A DNA stretch of 64,000 nt, from positions 1 to 64,000 of the forward strand of contig CAXXHA010000015.1 in the NCBI GenBank assembly GCA_963662265.2, given 5' to 3'. The notes under the pieces are model-generated. The model was not told the origin of the DNA, did not search any database, and saw nothing but the letters and a program-made list of their open reading frames with translations. A program made the position numbers and the translations under genes. Source of the DNA: Spirochaetia bacterium. GTDB lineage: Bacteria > Spirochaetota > Spirochaetia > CADAEX01. This document shows positions 61,055 to 64,000 of this stretch, one piece after another (position 1 is the first letter of the stretch; every line of letters starts with the position of its first letter).

Positions 61055-61969
61055 CTACACAGAATCAGTCAAACTGTTCATATATTCTGTAGCCCAGCTG
61101 TTAACTACTGCAACAAATTCGGCAATCGTCTTTGTGAAGTATTTTTCCTTGTGATAGGTTATATAAAATTTCCTGATCAGGTTGGGATCTTCAATATCTA
61201 TAGAAACAAGATCCCCTTTTTTTATATCATCAATTACAGCATTTCTTGATATCAGGGTTATGCCGAGTCCTTTTTTAACAAGCGCCTTTATAGCGACATT
61301 GTTGGAAAAATCACATACAACATTGAACCCTATATTATGCCTCTTCTTGAAATCACTTATAACTTTTCTTGATCCGCATCCGACTTCAGGCATGATAATA
61401 GGCAGATTATTGAGTTCGGAAGGTTCCATTCTGCTGTTTTTTGCAATTGGATGGTCGGGTGATGTAACAAGAACAATTTCCTCCCGCAGTATTTCCTTGA
61501 CAACTATCTTCGGGTGTGCAATTTCCTTGGATATAAATCCCAAGTCATTTGTAAGTTTTGAAATACTTTCAATTACATAATTATCAGTAAGATTCAGGGC
61601 TGTAACAAAAATATCGGGAAATTTTCTGTTGTATTCAATTACAATCTCAGGAAGATAGAATGCTCCGAAAGTTTCTGTAGTGACAATTGATATCTTGCCG
61701 CTTTTCTGCTGCTGGAAATCCCGTATACTTTCCTCCACCTGTGTTTCAAGTTCAAATATTTTCTCGGCAAGCGAATACAGTGTTTCCCCTGCATCTGTGA
61801 GAATAATTTTTTTCCCGACACGGTTAAACAGTGTAAGATCGTATGTGGATTGAAGTTCCTGTATCTGCCTTGTCACGGCAGGCTGTGTTATACACAGCTC
61901 GTCAGCTGCTTTTGTATAACTTCTGAATTTAGCAGTATAATAAAATGTCTTTAAGTGATATAGGTTCAT
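61055..61969 (-). CDS. LysR-family transcriptional regulator
   Basis: SYTKAADELCITQPAVTRQIQELQ HTH, LFNR, LTDAG. Confidence 0.95.
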   Translation of the reverse strand: MNLYHLKTFYYTAKFRSYTKAADELCITQPAVTRQIQELQSTYDLTLFNRVGKKIILTDAGETLYSLAEKIFELETQVEESIRDFQQQKSGKISIVTTETFGAFYLPEIVIEYNRKFPDIFVTALNLTDNYVIESISKLTNDLGFISKEIAHPKIVVKEILREEIVLVTSPDHPIAKNSRMEPSELNNLPIIMPEVGCGSRKVISDFKKRHNIGFNVVCDFSNNVAIKALVKKGLGITLISRNAVIDDIKKGDLVSIDIEDPNLIRKFYITYHKEKYFTKTIAEFVAVVNSWATEYMNSLTDSV

Positions 61970-62212
61970 AACTATTTGTATTATATTTTATAAAAAAATA
62001 TTATGCAACAAACTTATTTATCCACAGAGAGATAGCCTGCCTGAAATTATCTGCTAAAAGGCGGAAATTGCAGATTTCAGATACATGACTCAAGGAATTT
62101 AGAAATAATGTGTTTATAAAGCTTATAAAAGCTGCATGTTATTCATACAAACAACATGCAGCAGTAAATTTTTACTCAATTTAATCAATAAGGGCAACAA
62201 ATTTATTACTTA

Positions 62213-63584
62213 TCAATACCCTTTGGGCCGGGGCCATCCTGTTCCGATAAACTTTCTGAAATCAACAGATTTGTACCGGTGTTTAATAAACCACAGGGAT
62301 GCAAGAGAGTAAAACAGAAGAGCGCCTATAATATTTATCCAGTATCCAAAATACATACCCACAACTGTGGCAAGGGTCAGGATAATCAGGATTATCGAGG
62401 GGACAGGGTGTGCAGGAGAGACATATCCCCGTTTTATATAGTTGCCGGGATACATTTTCCTGAATTTAATCATCATCACAGCTGTAAAAAGATAAACTAT
62501 AAGGGCTGAAAAGATTGAAAAAGTTACAACCTGGTCAAGCATACCTGTAAACCCGAAAGCCATCGATATAGGGAGAAGAAAAATAATTGCCCTGTATGGT
62601 GTTTTATATTTCGGATGAAGAACTCCGAACTGTGAAGGAAGGAGTGTATCCCTGGACATTGAAAACCATGCACGGCTTGCATCGTTTATGCATCCGTTCG
62701 CACTTGCGAGGCAGGCAAAAAGTGTTCCCGCGAATAAGGCTGCGATTACAACAGGAATACCAGTTGCAAGGGCTGCATCAAAAAGTGGATAGACAGATTT
62801 ACCGAGGATTTCCGCATCAACCATACCTGAACAGACAAACCATGTAAGAGATGCGCCTATTAGAAGGGTTATAAGCCCTGTAATTGCTCCAAGAGGAAGA
62901 GACCTGCCTGTTGATCGGCACTCTTCAGCAGCAAGAGCTGTCCCTTCAATACCCAGATAAAACCATATCCCGAACTGGAGGGCCCCGAGAATACCTATCC
63001 AGCCATACGGCAGCCCGTTTGTCATCTCCTTCAAACGAAGAAGTGAATTACCAGGAGAATAAAACCGGGTACTGAAAAGGAGTATGAGTATTGTAACAAA
63101 AGCAATCCCTGTTATTACAATATTCAGTGTAAGTGTTGCATAAGCTCCCCTGTAATTAAGATATGTGAGAAACACAAGGCTCAGTACAATATAGGGCAGA
63201 GCCTGAATATCAGGGTGAATTGATTCCAGTACAGCTCCCACTACAAGAGCATCTGCAGCTTCCAGCATTGCATATTCAAAAACAAGCATCAGTCCTATAT
63301 TGAATGCAGCAACAGGACCGAGAAAATATTTTGCCATGGCATATTGTCCCCCTGCCTCAGGTTATAACTGACCCCATTTCTGTATTAATCATGATCAGGG
63401 TTATATACAGAAGCCCTATAATCCAGCATGCAATCACGGCACCCAGAGAGCCCCCTTTTGCAACAGCAAAATTCCAGCCCATAAACTCGCCGACAAGTAC
63501 AATACCCACACCGAGTGCCCAGACATGGGCAGGCCCAAGCACTTTTGACATTGAATGCGTTTTCTCATCTTTAATTTCACTCAT
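62213..63584 (-). pseudogene. APC-family amino acid/amine permease (ethanolamine-permease-like), split by a one-base frameshift
   Basis: N-part WALGVGIVLVGEFMGWNF...EMGSVI; removing one base near 63362 restores PEAGGQYAMAK and joins the 374-aa ORF (WFYLGIEG, LHPKYKTPY). Confidence 0.85.
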
Positions 63585-63705
63585 TATTATCACCACCGTT
63601 TTTCATTCTTCCGTACTCAACTCTTATAAAATCAATCAAGATGAGAGCAGTAAAATATGCGCTCAATACCCATGCCGCAAAATTCATTGTTTTAAAGATA
63701 TTCAT
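63577..63705 (-). CDS. Unannotated 42-aa single-TM small protein
   Basis: MNIFKTMNFAAWVLSAYFTALILIDFIRVEYGRMKNGGDNNE; ATGA overlap with the upstream gene and overlap with the permease ATG at 63584. Confidence 0.7.
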   Translation of the reverse strand: MNIFKTMNFAAWVLSAYFTALILIDFIRVEYGRMKNGGDNNE

Positions 63706-63965
63706 TTTTCCGATTCTCCGTCACTGTACCTTTCTTCTATCATGCTCTTAAGTTCCCTGTCAGAACTCCTGAGAACATAAATCATATACATAAACAGCCC
63801 CCCGACTGTGATTATGAATGTCACAGGATTAAAACTGTAATCAATGCCGCTTCCTTCGCCCCCCACAAGAAGCCCGCCCTGCAGCAGCATTGTCGAAAGC
63901 AGAGTTGCAAAACACAAAAGCATCACAAACATGACATCAAAAATCAGCATTATCTTATTTTTCAT
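63702..63965 (-). CDS. Small two-TM membrane protein
   Basis: Two hydrophobic segments; co-oriented and coupled with the permease locus. Confidence 0.75.
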   Translation of the reverse strand: MKNKIMLIFDVMFVMLLCFATLLSTMLLQGGLLVGGEGSGIDYSFNPVTFIITVGGLFMYMIYVLRSSDRELKSMIEERYSDGESEK

Positions 63966-64000
63966 ATCTGTGCAGCCTTTTCCTTTTTTGTAATATACAG

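Noticed and set aside
62018-62026. Perfect DnaA box TTATCCACA upstream of lysR
   Set aside because: A single box with no cluster or dnaA/dnaN context; compatible with chance in AT-rich DNA.
63357-63359. Selenocysteine/TGA readthrough in the permease
   Set aside because: The downstream homology is in a different frame, so it is a frameshift, not readthrough.

Overview
AT-rich chromosomal window from an anaerobic bacterium, probably a spirochaete (inferred from an Lsa36-like surface protein, a divergent sigma-like ORF and a long RarA; not verified). Most of it is housekeeping and fermentative metabolism: ABC permeases, KamA, RdgB, two M3 oligoendopeptidases, GpsA, a trimeric [FeFe]-hydrogenase whose HydB is fused to a GltD-like module, RarA, tig-clpP-clpX, OTCase, AckA, a Na+-pumping acyl-CoA decarboxylase operon, ETF, RecQ, Cls and L28, plus seven tRNAs. 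No transposase, integrase or CRISPR array is visible. The most striking signal is non-coding. A ~115-118 nt structured element sits behind two different tRNA genes (Leu-GAG, 2 full copies plus 1 partial in tandem; Arg-TCG, 1 copy). At each locus it starts with an antisense copy of that tRNA's own T-arm and ends in a duplication of the tRNA 3' end that begins at the same T-loop base (C56). Its internal hairpins show compensatory base changes between the two loci. Two further palindromic element types occur (11951-12068 with 38497-38851, and 39563-39675). Two genes (queH and an APC permease) are each split by one extra base, and an unannotated 42-aa ORF is translationally coupled in the last operon. 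Product calls come from recognising motifs by eye, not from database searches.
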